Sequence record: PQ898602.1
DNA: 64,000 nucleotides
Direction: 5' to 3' (one strand)
The translations under genes were made by a program, and so were the position numbers. Shown here in pieces: positions 48,074-57,118 of the stretch (the stretch's first letter is position 1; every line of letters starts with the position of its first letter). The notes beneath the pieces are model-generated. The model searched no databases. It saw only the letters and a list, made by a program, of their open reading frames with translations, and was not told the DNA's origin.

Positions 48074-50476
48074 ATGTCGCTTAATCTAGTATCACCAGGC
48101 GTAAAGGTTAGGGAAGTTGACCTAACTGTCGGAAGAATTGATCCTGTATTTGACCAAGTTGGTGGTTTCGTCGGACCCTTTGCTAAAGGTCCAGTTGGAG
48201 TACCAGTTCTGATCGAAACGGAGCAAGATCTTCTAGCAACATTTGGTAAGCCCAGCGAGGTTGATGGTCAAAACGAGTATTGGCTGACCGCTTCCGCTTA
48301 CCTTTCTTATGGTGGAGTACTAAACGTAGTTAGAGCAGACTCTTCTAGTTTAGTAAACTCCCACGTATCAGTAACCGACTCTGCAGTAGCAGGTCTTAAG
48401 ATTACTGGAACCGAAGACTACGAAAACAATCATATTAATGATACTACTTGGAAGTTCGCAGCAAGAAACCCAGGTAGTTGGGCAGATGAACTAAAAATCG
48501 CAGTTATCGATAACGCAGCTGACCAAAGACTAGGACTTGGTACCTTCGGTCTTCAAGTCGGTTATGCAGTAACAGTTGGTGTTTCCACTTCCTATGCAGG
48601 AACAGATGGAACAGTTAAGACATTCAACGGATATCTAAAGAGTATCATTACTCAGATTAACGTTGGTAGTGTTGACGTTAAGATTCTCAGTAAGTACGAC
48701 ATCGACAATGATGAGTGGTCAGAAGCTGAGTACACCCAGAGTGGTTTAGGTAGAATCCTTGGTGGATCAAACCAATACATCCAAGCGTTTAACAACGTTG
48801 GTGTTGCAGATTCCTTGGAGAAACTAAGATCTACAGATGGTGGAACAGTTTCTTCTGGTTCTACTTCTATCCAGTTCCCAAGTGGTTTTGATCTTACCAT
48901 CCTAGATGAGAACGATTTTATCACTTCTCTGAACGGAACATTCACTGGAAGAATTCATTCTGTTGATAATACCAACAACATTGTTTTCTCCGATACTGCA
49001 TCTCCAGTATCCCTTGCATCTACGACCATCGTATTTAAGTATGCAAGAAGTGCAAATGATGGTACTGATGCTAGAGGTGAAGGTCTTCTAACTGATAGTG
49101 GATTCACTGCAATTGACTGGTATGAGCAACAGAAGATTTCCCTAGCAAGTGGTGATGTCTTCTGGAAGAACATTGCTCCAAAACCAGGTACTTCCAATTA
49201 CGCTGCAGAAAGAAAGACCAAGAATGATGAAGTCAACATCGTTGTCATTGACGATAAAGGTGCAGTAAGTGGTGTTGCAGGTAATATCCTTGAGAAGTTT
49301 AACTCACTTTCCAAGGCAAATGACGGAAGAGTCACTCCTGCACAGAATGTACACTATAAGACATTCCTGGCACAAAGATCTGCATATGTCTTTGCTGGAA
49401 ACCAAGATACTCTACTCTCTCCTGGATTTACTTCTCTAGGTGGATATGCACTTCAAAGTGGTGCTTCTATTGCATGGAACCAAGATGCAACCTCGGTAAC
49501 ATTTGGTGTTCTAGGTAATAAGACATACACTCTTGCACATGGTGGAGACTATGGTGTCACCAAGTATGATGTAACTCTAGGTGATATCCTCACTGGTTAC
49601 GAGAAGTTCAGAAATCCTTCTGATGTTTCTGTCAACTATCTGATCAATGGACCTTCTGGTGGAGATACAATTTTTGAATCTCAAGCAAAGATCAACAAAC
49701 TGATTGATATTGCAAATGAGAGAAAGGATTGTGTTGTAACTGCATCCCCACATAAAGGTGGTGTTGTCAACGTAACTAACCCAGATACTCAAACAAGAAA
49801 CGTCATCGACTTCTTCGATGGTTGTACTTCTTCTTCCTATGCAGTATTTGATTCTGGTTATAAGTACACCTTTGATAGATTTAACAACAAGTTCCTCTAT
49901 ATCCCACTAAACGGAGATATTGCAGGTCTGATGTGCAGAACTTCTATCTCCAGTTTCCCATGGTTCTCGCCAGCGGGTGCTCAGAGAGGCACAATCAACA
50001 ATGCAGTTAAACTTGCATATAACCCATCCCAAACACAGAGAGATCTCCTCTATCCACAGAGAATTAACCCAGTTATCTTCTCGCCTGGTGCAGGTGTCAT
50101 CCTCTTCGGTGATAAGACCGCACTATCCTATTCATCTGCATTCGATAGAATCAACGTCCGTCGTCTATTCCTCACTATTGAGTCTGCAATCCAACGTGCT
50201 GCTCGCGCTCAACTCTTCGAGTTCAACGATGTTATCACAAGAACTAACTTCTTGAATATTGTCGAACCATATCTCCGTGATGTTCAAGCGAAGAGAGGAA
50301 TCACTGAGTTCCTAGTTGTTTGCGACGAGTCAAATAACACTCCAGATGTTGTTGACGCAAACCAGTTCAGAGCAGACATCTTCGTCAAACCAGCAAGATC
50401 GATCAACTTCATCGGTCTCACATTCGTAGCTAACAGAACTGGAGTTAGCTTTGAAGAGGTTGTTGGAACCGTCTGA
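48074..50476 (+). CDS. g18: Tail sheath protein gp18
   Basis: 800 aa. LVSPGVKVREVDLT, FAKGPV, SSYAVFDSGYKY.FDRFN, PWFSPAG.QRG, FDRINVRRLF and IFVKPARSINFIGLTFVA. Confidence 0.97.
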   Translation: MSLNLVSPGVKVREVDLTVGRIDPVFDQVGGFVGPFAKGPVGVPVLIETEQDLLATFGKPSEVDGQNEYWLTASAYLSYGGVLNVVRADSSSLVNSHVSVTDSAVAGLKITGTEDYENNHINDTTWKFAARNPGSWADELKIAVIDNAADQRLGLGTFGLQVGYAVTVGVSTSYAGTDGTVKTFNGYLKSIITQINVGSVDVKILSKYDIDNDEWSEAEYTQSGLGRILGGSNQYIQAFNNVGVADSLEKLRSTDGGTVSSGSTSIQFPSGFDLTILDENDFITSLNGTFTGRIHSVDNTNNIVFSDTASPVSLASTTIVFKYARSANDGTDARGEGLLTDSGFTAIDWYEQQKISLASGDVFWKNIAPKPGTSNYAAERKTKNDEVNIVVIDDKGAVSGVAGNILEKFNSLSKANDGRVTPAQNVHYKTFLAQRSAYVFAGNQDTLLSPGFTSLGGYALQSGASIAWNQDATSVTFGVLGNKTYTLAHGGDYGVTKYDVTLGDILTGYEKFRNPSDVSVNYLINGPSGGDTIFESQAKINKLIDIANERKDCVVTASPHKGGVVNVTNPDTQTRNVIDFFDGCTSSSYAVFDSGYKYTFDRFNNKFLYIPLNGDIAGLMCRTSISSFPWFSPAGAQRGTINNAVKLAYNPSQTQRDLLYPQRINPVIFSPGAGVILFGDKTALSYSSAFDRINVRRLFLTIESAIQRAARAQLFEFNDVITRTNFLNIVEPYLRDVQAKRGITEFLVVCDESNNTPDVVDANQFRADIFVKPARSINFIGLTFVANRTGVSFEEVVGTV

Positions 50477-50527
50477 TACATTTTCTAATTCACTTTCAAT
50501 CTCTAATTTACCGAGGAACCAAGAACA

Positions 50528-51220
50528 ATGAAATTCCCAAATTCTCCTACTTTTAATACCAGAACACTGGAGGACTTTAAAGCAAGACTCAAGGGAGGGG
50601 GCGCACGCCCCAACCTTTTTGAGTGTGTTATCAAATTCCCTGAATTGCTCGATGCAAAACTGAGCAATGATGAGCAGAATTCGATTAAGGAAGACACCAG
50701 ATTTATGATTAAGGCAGCTAATCTGCCTGCATCTAATGTCAACGTAATCGATGTTCCTTTCAGAGGAAGAAACCTCAAAGTTGCTGGTGATAGAACGTTC
50801 GATGTCTGGACCATTACAGTCATCAACGATGTTGATTTCAATATCAGAACCGCTTTCGAGAAGTGGATGAATATGATCAACAAGCATGACGACAACAGCG
50901 GTATTACTCGCCCTGGTCAATATCAAACTGACGCTTATGTCTACCAACTAGGTAGAAATGAAGGAGCAACTGCTCAACCACAAAAAATTCCTACTGGTGG
51001 TAGTCAGATCCCAGTTCTCAAGTCCTATAGATTCTATGGAGTCTTCCCAACTAATGTAAGTTCTATTGAACTTTCTTACGATCAGGCAGACACCATCGAA
51101 GAATTCACAGTTGATCTACAAGTTCAATGGTGGGATGCTCTCGATAACGAGGGTAACAGCCAACTGAACCCTGGTGATACTGAACAGGCTGGTGGAGGAA
51201 CCACAGGCGCAGGACTCTGA
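50528..51220 (+). CDS. g19: Tail tube protein gp19
   Basis: 230 aa. FKARLKGGGARPNLFE, KAANLPASN, VPFRGR.LKVAGDRTFD.WTITVIND and IEEFTVDLQVQWW. Confidence 0.96.
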   Translation: MKFPNSPTFNTRTLEDFKARLKGGGARPNLFECVIKFPELLDAKLSNDEQNSIKEDTRFMIKAANLPASNVNVIDVPFRGRNLKVAGDRTFDVWTITVINDVDFNIRTAFEKWMNMINKHDDNSGITRPGQYQTDAYVYQLGRNEGATAQPQKIPTGGSQIPVLKSYRFYGVFPTNVSSIELSYDQADTIEEFTVDLQVQWWDALDNEGNSQLNPGDTEQAGGGTTGAGL

Positions 51221-51232
51221 TATTTTGACCTA

Positions 51233-51239
51233 ATAAATA
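51233..51239 (+). promoter_or_regulatory. Late promoter ATAAATA for g20
   Basis: Intergenic, about 28 nt upstream of the g20 ATG. Overlaps the left arm of an 11-bp inverted repeat. Confidence 0.7.
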
Positions 51240-51267
51240 GTAAAAAGGAATTTTACTATTTTGAAGG

Positions 51268-52977
51268 ATGCCTGCTAAATTATTTGGTTTTAAAATCCAA
51301 GACGATGGAAACGACAGATCTAAAAAATCTGTCGTTTCTCCTGTGCCGGAGAATCAAGAAGATTCTTCGGATTTTTATGTGTCTAGTGGTTTTTATGGGC
51401 AATATGTAGATATTGAGGGTGTTTATAAATCCGAGTACGATTTAATTAAGAGATATAGAGAAATGGCACTGCATCCCGAGGTGGATGGTGCTATTGAAGA
51501 CGTTATTAACGAGGCAATCGTTTCTGATCAAAACGATTCTCCAGTACAGATCGATCTACAGAATTTACCTGCGTCGGACAGACTCAAGGACGCAATTAGA
51601 AACGAGTTTAGATATATCAAAGAGATTTTAGATTTTGACAAGAGATGTCATGAGATTATGAGAAACTGGTATGTAGATGGAAGAATCTACTACCATAAAG
51701 TTATTGATCTTGAAAAACCACAAGAGGGAATCAAAGAGGTCAGATACATTGACCCAATGAAAATTAAGTTGGTCAGAAAGATCAAGAAAGATGCAAAGAC
51801 TGCGATCAACCCATCATTTTCAGTAAGTGGTACGCAAAATGGTACGGGTTCTTTTGCAACCCCAGAAGTAGAAGAATTTTATGAATATAACCCAAATACT
51901 AGAGGCAGTGCGATCAATACTTCCCAATACAAATCGGGAATGGGAGGGGCAGCAAGAATTGCAAAGGATGCGATTACTTATGTACACTCTGGTCTTGTAG
52001 ATAGAAATAAGCAAGCAGTTCTTTCTTATCTCCACAAAGCAATCAAGGCACTCAATCAACTCAGAATGATTGAAGATTCTCTTGTCATCTATAGACTATC
52101 AAGAGCACCAGAACGTAGAATCTTCTATATTGATGTTGGCAATCTACCGAAGATCAAAGCGGAACAATACCTCCGCGATGTGATGAGTCGTTATCGCAAC
52201 AAACTAGTCTACGATTCTGCGACTGGTGAAATGCGTGATGATAAGAAGCATATGAGTATGCTTGAAGATTTCTGGCTCCCTAGACGCGAAGGTGGTCGTG
52301 GAACAGAAATTACTACCTTACCAGGTGGTCAAAATCTTGGCGAACTTACTGACGTTCAGTATTTCCAAAAGAAATTATACAGAGCACTTGGAGTTCCTGA
52401 GTCACGTCTTGGTGGTGAAGGTGGTTTCAATCTTGGTCGTTCTTCTGAAATTATAAGAGACGAAATCAAGTTTACCAAGTTCGTCGGAAGAATGAGAAAG
52501 AGATTTTCAGGAGTATTCCTGGATATGCTCAAGACTCAACTTATCCTTAAGAATATCGTAACTCCTGAAGATTGGAAACTACTTTCTGATCACATTCAAT
52601 TCGATTATGTCTACGACAATCATTTTGCAGAACTCAAAGAAGCAGAACTAATTCAAAATAGACTGGGTGTTCTTGCTGCTGCAGAACCTTATGTCGGTAC
52701 ATATTTCTCTGTTGATTATCTGAGAAGACATGTTCTAAAACAGACTGATTACGAAATTACAGAGATCGACGAAAGAATTGCATTTGAAAAAGAGATGGGT
52801 ATCATCCCTGGTGCAGAAGAAATGGAAGGTGAACTTCCAGCGGAAGAAGATCCCGCAGCTTCTGATGCAGCAATGGGTGAACCTGCAATGGATCCTGAGA
52901 TTGATGCATCTGCGGTTGAAGATGAACCAACTCAAGAGGCACCAAAAGCTAAAATGCCTAAGGGTGGCAGGATCTGA
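51268..52977 (+). CDS. g20: Portal protein gp20
   Basis: 569 aa. YREMALHPEVDGAIEDVINEAI, RNWYVDGRIYYHK, IYRLSRAPERRIFYIDVGNLPK.KAEQYL and EDFWLPRREGGRGTEITTLPGGQNLG. Confidence 0.98.
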   Translation: MPAKLFGFKIQDDGNDRSKKSVVSPVPENQEDSSDFYVSSGFYGQYVDIEGVYKSEYDLIKRYREMALHPEVDGAIEDVINEAIVSDQNDSPVQIDLQNLPASDRLKDAIRNEFRYIKEILDFDKRCHEIMRNWYVDGRIYYHKVIDLEKPQEGIKEVRYIDPMKIKLVRKIKKDAKTAINPSFSVSGTQNGTGSFATPEVEEFYEYNPNTRGSAINTSQYKSGMGGAARIAKDAITYVHSGLVDRNKQAVLSYLHKAIKALNQLRMIEDSLVIYRLSRAPERRIFYIDVGNLPKIKAEQYLRDVMSRYRNKLVYDSATGEMRDDKKHMSMLEDFWLPRREGGRGTEITTLPGGQNLGELTDVQYFQKKLYRALGVPESRLGGEGGFNLGRSSEIIRDEIKFTKFVGRMRKRFSGVFLDMLKTQLILKNIVTPEDWKLLSDHIQFDYVYDNHFAELKEAELIQNRLGVLAAAEPYVGTYFSVDYLRRHVLKQTDYEITEIDERIAFEKEMGIIPGAEEMEGELPAEEDPAASDAAMGEPAMDPEIDASAVEDEPTQEAPKAKMPKGGRI

Positions 52978-52983
52978 TAAATA
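52977..52983 (+). promoter_or_regulatory. Late promoter ATAAATA
   Basis: Adjacent to the g20 stop, about 30 nt upstream of the ATG at 53013. Confidence 0.65.
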
Positions 52984-53012
52984 AATTTACGTATCATTAA
53001 TTTCTACAAAAC

Positions 53013-53273
53013 ATGGATGATCTAATTGACATGATGGTGAAAGATGCTTCTGCGTCTGCAATCAGCGACAAGATTAAAGATATCTTGATGCAAAAGTCCG
53101 CAGCAAATATTGATGCGGTTAGACCTCAAGTTGCAGCTTCAATGTTTGGTGCAACTGGTGCAGAAGTTGAAGCAGACGCTGCAGAAGCAGAAGTCGAAAC
53201 GGAACCATCTGCAGAACTGGAAACTGAAGTAGATTCTGAAGAAGAAGAAACCCCAGAAGAGGAAACTGACTAA
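53013..53273 (+). CDS. Small acidic prohead core-like protein (gp67 position)
   Basis: 86 aa, DDLIDMMVKDASASAISDKIKDIL followed by a Glu-rich tail. Sits between portal and protease, like T4 g67. Confidence 0.7.
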   Translation: MDDLIDMMVKDASASAISDKIKDILMQKSAANIDAVRPQVAASMFGATGAEVEADAAEAEVETEPSAELETEVDSEEEETPEEETD

Positions 53274-53554
53274 TGGCTAATACTGGATATGTCCGTTATG
53301 ATGAGAACAATGATCAGGATTCTAGTCAACCAGGATCTGCGACAACTTCATATCTTGGCGGAACGACTGGTTGGTCAACGGTAACTCATAGAGATTTTAA
53401 CGCTGATTATATTGCATACACTTATAATAGTGCAGCAGGTATCGGAACTAGAACTCCAGCAGCGTATCAAAGACACGATGCTAACAATAATCCAGTTGGT
53501 GTCGGTACTTATCAACGACACGACGCAGACAATAATCCAGTAACAAGTCCATAG
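53273..53554 (+). CDS. Small hypothetical protein with YQRHDA-N-NNPV repeats
   Basis: 93 aa. TAATG overlap with the upstream gene. A 15-aa unit is duplicated (53465-53496 and 53510-53541). Confidence 0.7.
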   Translation: MANTGYVRYDENNDQDSSQPGSATTSYLGGTTGWSTVTHRDFNADYIAYTYNSAAGIGTRTPAAYQRHDANNNPVGVGTYQRHDADNNPVTSP

Positions 53555-53558
53555 TTTA

Positions 53559-53565
53559 ATAAATA
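53559..53565 (+). promoter_or_regulatory. Late promoter ATAAATA for g21
   Basis: Intergenic, about 28 nt upstream of the g21 ATG. Confidence 0.65.
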
Positions 53566-53593
53566 AAATATAAGACCTTAAGTAAGTAGTGAA

Positions 53594-54244
53594 ATGAAAC
53601 TTATTACGGAAGAGATTTCTAATGTAAAAATTATCACTGAAGGTAAGGGTTCTAACAAGAAACTCTATATCGAAGGTGTATTTTTACAGGGTGAGATCAA
53701 GAACAGAAACGGAAGAATGTATCCCATCGAAACTCTGAGAAGAGAAGTCGAAAGATACAACGAATCCTTTGTCCAAAAGGGAAGAGCTCTTGGAGAACTC
53801 GGTCACCCCGATGGTCCAACTGTAAACCTTGATCGTGTTTCCCATAAGATCACTTCACTAGTGCAAGAGGGTAACAACTTCAAAGGAAAAGCACAAATCC
53901 TCAATACCCCTATGGGTAAGATTGCATCTTCTCTTTTAGATGAAGGTGTAATGTTGGGTGTTTCCTCCCGTGGAGTTGGTTCACTCAAGATGACAAACGA
54001 AGGTCATAAAGTTGTCGGTGAAGATTTCATGTTAGCAACTGCTGCTGATATCGTCGCTGACCCTTCCGCTCCTGATGCATTTGTATCTGGAATCATGGAA
54101 GGTAAAGAGTGGGTTTGGGAAGGAGGTATCCTTCGTGAACAACTCGCTGAAAGAACTGAGAAGAGAATTAACACACTCGTCGATCAAAAAAGACTCGAAG
54201 AGCACAAGTTAAATCTGTTCCAAGAGTTTCTTTCAAATCTATAA
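53594..54244 (+). CDS. g21: Prohead core scaffold/protease gp21
   Basis: 216 aa. MKLITEE, LYIEGVFLQ...NRNGRMYP, ALGELGHPDGP, GVSSRGVGS and DIVADPSAPDAFV. Confidence 0.97.
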   Translation: MKLITEEISNVKIITEGKGSNKKLYIEGVFLQGEIKNRNGRMYPIETLRREVERYNESFVQKGRALGELGHPDGPTVNLDRVSHKITSLVQEGNNFKGKAQILNTPMGKIASSLLDEGVMLGVSSRGVGSLKMTNEGHKVVGEDFMLATAADIVADPSAPDAFVSGIMEGKEWVWEGGILREQLAERTEKRINTLVDQKRLEEHKLNLFQEFLSNL

Positions 54245-54246
54245 TT

Positions 54247-54258
54247 TATAAATAAATA
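54247..54258 (+). promoter_or_regulatory. Tandem late promoters TATAAATA/ATAAATA for g22-g23
   Basis: TATAAATAAATA upstream of a GGAG Shine-Dalgarno and the ATG at 54290. Confidence 0.85.
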
Positions 54259-54289
54259 CAGATTATACTAAGGTAATCGGAGAGTACAA

Positions 54290-55444
54290 ATGTCCAGTGG
54301 TAACGATTTACAAGAAATGGAAGTAGGCACTACACAATCCAAAACCGCAGTAAACGCAGGTGCTAAGCCAGCTGAACCAATGGTAAAACCATCAGGTGCT
54401 GCTGTCGAAGACCTCGGCGGTCCTACTCCAGAAAATAGCAAGCCAGACGATGACTCTAATAAAGTCAAAGAACCTGGTGCAACCCTTAAGCAAGTTAAGG
54501 ACGTTGTAAATGCTAAGGCAAAGCCTGCAGAGCCTATGGCTGCTGCAATGAAGGAAGAGGAAGTTGAGACGGAAGTCGAAGCTGACCAGGAAGTAGTTGC
54601 TGAAGCTGAAGAGGAAGTTACCTCTGAAGTTGAAGAGGTTGTATCCGAAGAAGAGACTACCGAAGAGGAAGTCGTTTCTGAAGAAGAAACTTCTGAAGAC
54701 GAAGTTGTTGTAGAGTACAACGTCGAAGAAGATGTTGAAGCACTACTTCAAGGCGAAGAACTCTCCGAAGAGTTTAGAGAGAAGGCTAAGACCATTTTCG
54801 AGGCTGCTCTCCACGCTAAAGCCAAAGAAATCCAGACCTCTCTGGAAGAGCAGTATGCTACTGCACTTGCAGAAGAAGTTGAAGAAATCAAAGTCGCTCT
54901 GACCGAACGTGTTGATTCATACCTTGAGTATGTTTCTTCCGAATGGTTAGAAGAGAATGCTCTCGCTGTTGAGAGTGGTCTTAAGACTGAGATCACCGAG
55001 TCCTTCATGGATGGCATGAAGACACTCTTTGAAGAACATTATGTATCAATGCCTGAAGAAAAATATGATGTACTAGAGAGCATGGTACAGAAACTAGATG
55101 ATATGGAGACGAAACTCAACGAGCAGATCGAGCGCAATATTGCACTCAATGGTAAGCTCTCCGAGAGTTCTGCTGACAGAATTTTCGGTCAAGTTGCTGA
55201 AGGTCTCGCAATCTCCCAAAAGGATAAGTTTGCAACCCTCGCAGAAAGTGTTGAGTTTGAGAGTGAAGAGAACTATAGAGAGAAACTAGAAACTCTGAAG
55301 AAGTCTTACTTCTCTGAGCATGCTAGTGCTCCTGCTGACGAAACGGAAAATCTAACCGAAGAGGCAGATTTCAGCGAAGAGACCAAAGTGTCTTCTACAA
55401 TGGATGCCTATCTGAAAGCACTTTCCAACGTTACTAACAAGTGA
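54290..55444 (+). CDS. g22: Prohead core (scaffold) protein gp22
   Basis: 384 aa, Glu-rich. LSEEFREKAKTIFEAA, VDSYLEYV..EWLEEN.LAVE.G and YREKLETLKKSYF. Confidence 0.95.
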   Translation: MSSGNDLQEMEVGTTQSKTAVNAGAKPAEPMVKPSGAAVEDLGGPTPENSKPDDDSNKVKEPGATLKQVKDVVNAKAKPAEPMAAAMKEEEVETEVEADQEVVAEAEEEVTSEVEEVVSEEETTEEEVVSEEETSEDEVVVEYNVEEDVEALLQGEELSEEFREKAKTIFEAALHAKAKEIQTSLEEQYATALAEEVEEIKVALTERVDSYLEYVSSEWLEENALAVESGLKTEITESFMDGMKTLFEEHYVSMPEEKYDVLESMVQKLDDMETKLNEQIERNIALNGKLSESSADRIFGQVAEGLAISQKDKFATLAESVEFESEENYREKLETLKKSYFSEHASAPADETENLTEEADFSEETKVSSTMDAYLKALSNVTNK

Positions 55445-55503
55445 GTTTTAGATAATACTCAAACCGCAGCTAAACAACACACCTACGAGGTTTAAAAGTT
55501 AAA

Positions 55504-56868
55504 ATGGACCAAAATACCCAACAATTAATGGAGAAGTGGGCTCCAATCCTGGACTATGAAGGTGCAGGTGAAATCAAGGATGCTCACCGCCGTGCAGTTA
55601 CCGCACAACTTCTAGAGAACCAAGAGCGCGAAGCACATGAACAGGCTAGCTTCCTCGGAGAGGCAGCACCTGCTAACTCTGGTCACGCTCCTGCAGGATC
55701 CAACGTTGATGGATTCGACCCTGTTCTGATCTCCCTGATCAGACGCTCCATGCCTAACCTCATCGCATACGACGTATGTGGTGTTCAGCCAATGTCTGGT
55801 CCTACTGGACTGATCTTCGCAATGCGCTCCCGCCGCGATGGTCAGACTGGTGCTGAGACCTTCTACGATGAAGTAGATTCCACCTTCTCTGCACAGAACA
55901 ACAGCCGTGACCTCACTGGCGGTTTCTCTGGTGCTGCAGTTGGTATGGGTACTACCAACCAAGACGGAACCAACCCTGGTGTTCTGAACCCAACTGGTTC
56001 TGCTGATCAGACCGCATATAACGTCGGTCAGGGTATGACCACTGCTGAGGCAGAGGCACTCGGAGATGCATCTGACAATGCATTCAACCAGATGGCATTC
56101 TCGATCGAGAAAGTCACCGTAACCGCTAAGTCTAGAGCACTGAAGGCAGAATACAGCCTTGAGCTTGCACAAGACCTGAAGGCGATCCATGGTCTGAACG
56201 CTGAGGCTGAACTCGCAAACATTCTCTCCACCGAGATTCTTGCTGAGATCAACCGCGAAGTCATCAGAACCATCTACAAGACCGCTGAACAGGGTGCAAC
56301 TGCTAACGTTGCTAACGGCGGTACCTTCGACCTCGACGTTGACTCTAACGGACGTTGGAGTGTTGAGAAGTTCAAGGGTCTTCTGTTCCAAATCGAGCGC
56401 GATGCAAACGCAATCGCACAAAGAACTCGTCGCGGAAAGGGCAACACCATCATCTGCTCTGCTGATGTTGCGTCTGCTCTAACCATGGCTGGTGTTCTCG
56501 ATTACACCCCTGCACTCAACGCTAACCTGAACGTTGATGACACTGGTAACACCTTCGCTGGTGTTCTCCAAGGTAAGTATCGCGTCTACATCGATCCTTA
56601 TGCTGCAAACGTAGATTCTAACCAGTACTACGTTGTTGGTTATAAGGGTTCTAGCGCATACGACGCAGGTCTCTTCTACTGCCCATATGTACCTCTCCAG
56701 ATGGTACGTGCAGTTGGACAAGACACCTTCCAGCCCAAGATTGGCTTCAAGACCCGCTATGGTATTGTTGCTAACCCATTCGCAGAAGGTACCAACGCAG
56801 GTCTCGGTGCTCTCACCGTTAACGCTAACCGCTACTATCGTCGCGTCAAGGTTGCTAACCTCATGTGA
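55504..56868 (+). CDS. g23: Major capsid protein gp23
   Basis: 454 aa. EKWAPILD, LLENQE, FDPVLISLIRRSMPNLIAYDVCGVQPMSGPTGLIFAMR, KSRALKAEYS.ELAQDLKAIHGL and FQPKIGFKTRYG. Strong C-ending codon bias. Confidence 0.99.
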   Translation: MDQNTQQLMEKWAPILDYEGAGEIKDAHRRAVTAQLLENQEREAHEQASFLGEAAPANSGHAPAGSNVDGFDPVLISLIRRSMPNLIAYDVCGVQPMSGPTGLIFAMRSRRDGQTGAETFYDEVDSTFSAQNNSRDLTGGFSGAAVGMGTTNQDGTNPGVLNPTGSADQTAYNVGQGMTTAEAEALGDASDNAFNQMAFSIEKVTVTAKSRALKAEYSLELAQDLKAIHGLNAEAELANILSTEILAEINREVIRTIYKTAEQGATANVANGGTFDLDVDSNGRWSVEKFKGLLFQIERDANAIAQRTRRGKGNTIICSADVASALTMAGVLDYTPALNANLNVDDTGNTFAGVLQGKYRVYIDPYAANVDSNQYYVVGYKGSSAYDAGLFYCPYVPLQMVRAVGQDTFQPKIGFKTRYGIVANPFAEGTNAGLGALTVNANRYYRRVKVANLM

Positions 56869-56889
56869 TCGATACCCCTTAGGGGAAAC

Positions 56890-56923
56890 AAAAAGAGGTG
56901 GGTCTTCGGACCCCCCTTTTTTT
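56890..56923 (+). terminator. Strong, probably bidirectional, terminator after g23
   Basis: AAAAAGAGGTGGGTC-TTCG-GACCCCCCTTTTTTT has a C(UUCG)G tetraloop with a T-tract on the + strand and an A-tract upstream. Confidence 0.9.
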
Positions 56924-56927
56924 ATGT

Positions 56928-56934
56928 CTAAATA
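56928..56934 (+). promoter_or_regulatory. Late promoter CTAAATA downstream of the g23 terminator
   Basis: Followed by an AAAGGA Shine-Dalgarno-like sequence and the ATG at 56957. Confidence 0.7.
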
Positions 56935-56956
56935 TAGAAAAGGATAGTAATTTCCA

Positions 56957-57115
56957 ATGAAACCAACTCCAAGACAAAGCAAAGAAATTCATGAGAACTA
57001 CGAGAAAGTAGTTGATCATCTTATTTCTGAAGGATATTCAGAAGATAAAGAATCTGCAGATTCCATCATCAATGGAATGAGTGAATCCTGGTACAACCTA
57101 ATCATCTCTGAATGA
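56957..57115 (+). CDS. 52-aa hypothetical protein with L..EGY...A..I...MSE.W motif, not in the ORF track
   Basis: MKPTPRQSKEIHENYEKVVDHLISEGYSEDKESADSIINGMSESWYNLIISE. Has its own late promoter and stops 3 nt before g3. Confidence 0.7.
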   Translation: MKPTPRQSKEIHENYEKVVDHLISEGYSEDKESADSIINGMSESWYNLIISE

Positions 57116-57118
57116 TAA

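Noticed and set aside
55445-55503. Dedicated late promoter for g23
   Set aside because: Only near-matches (GATAATA, CTAAACA) are present. g23 is more simply explained by the tandem promoters at 54247-54258.
55612-56421. 269-aa minus-strand ORF opposite g23
   Set aside because: A shadow ORF produced by strong codon bias in g23. No recognisable motifs, promoter or RBS.
56875-56885. CCCC-TTA-GGGG mini inverted repeat after the g23 stop
   Set aside because: A 4-bp stem only. At most an accessory to the adjacent terminator.
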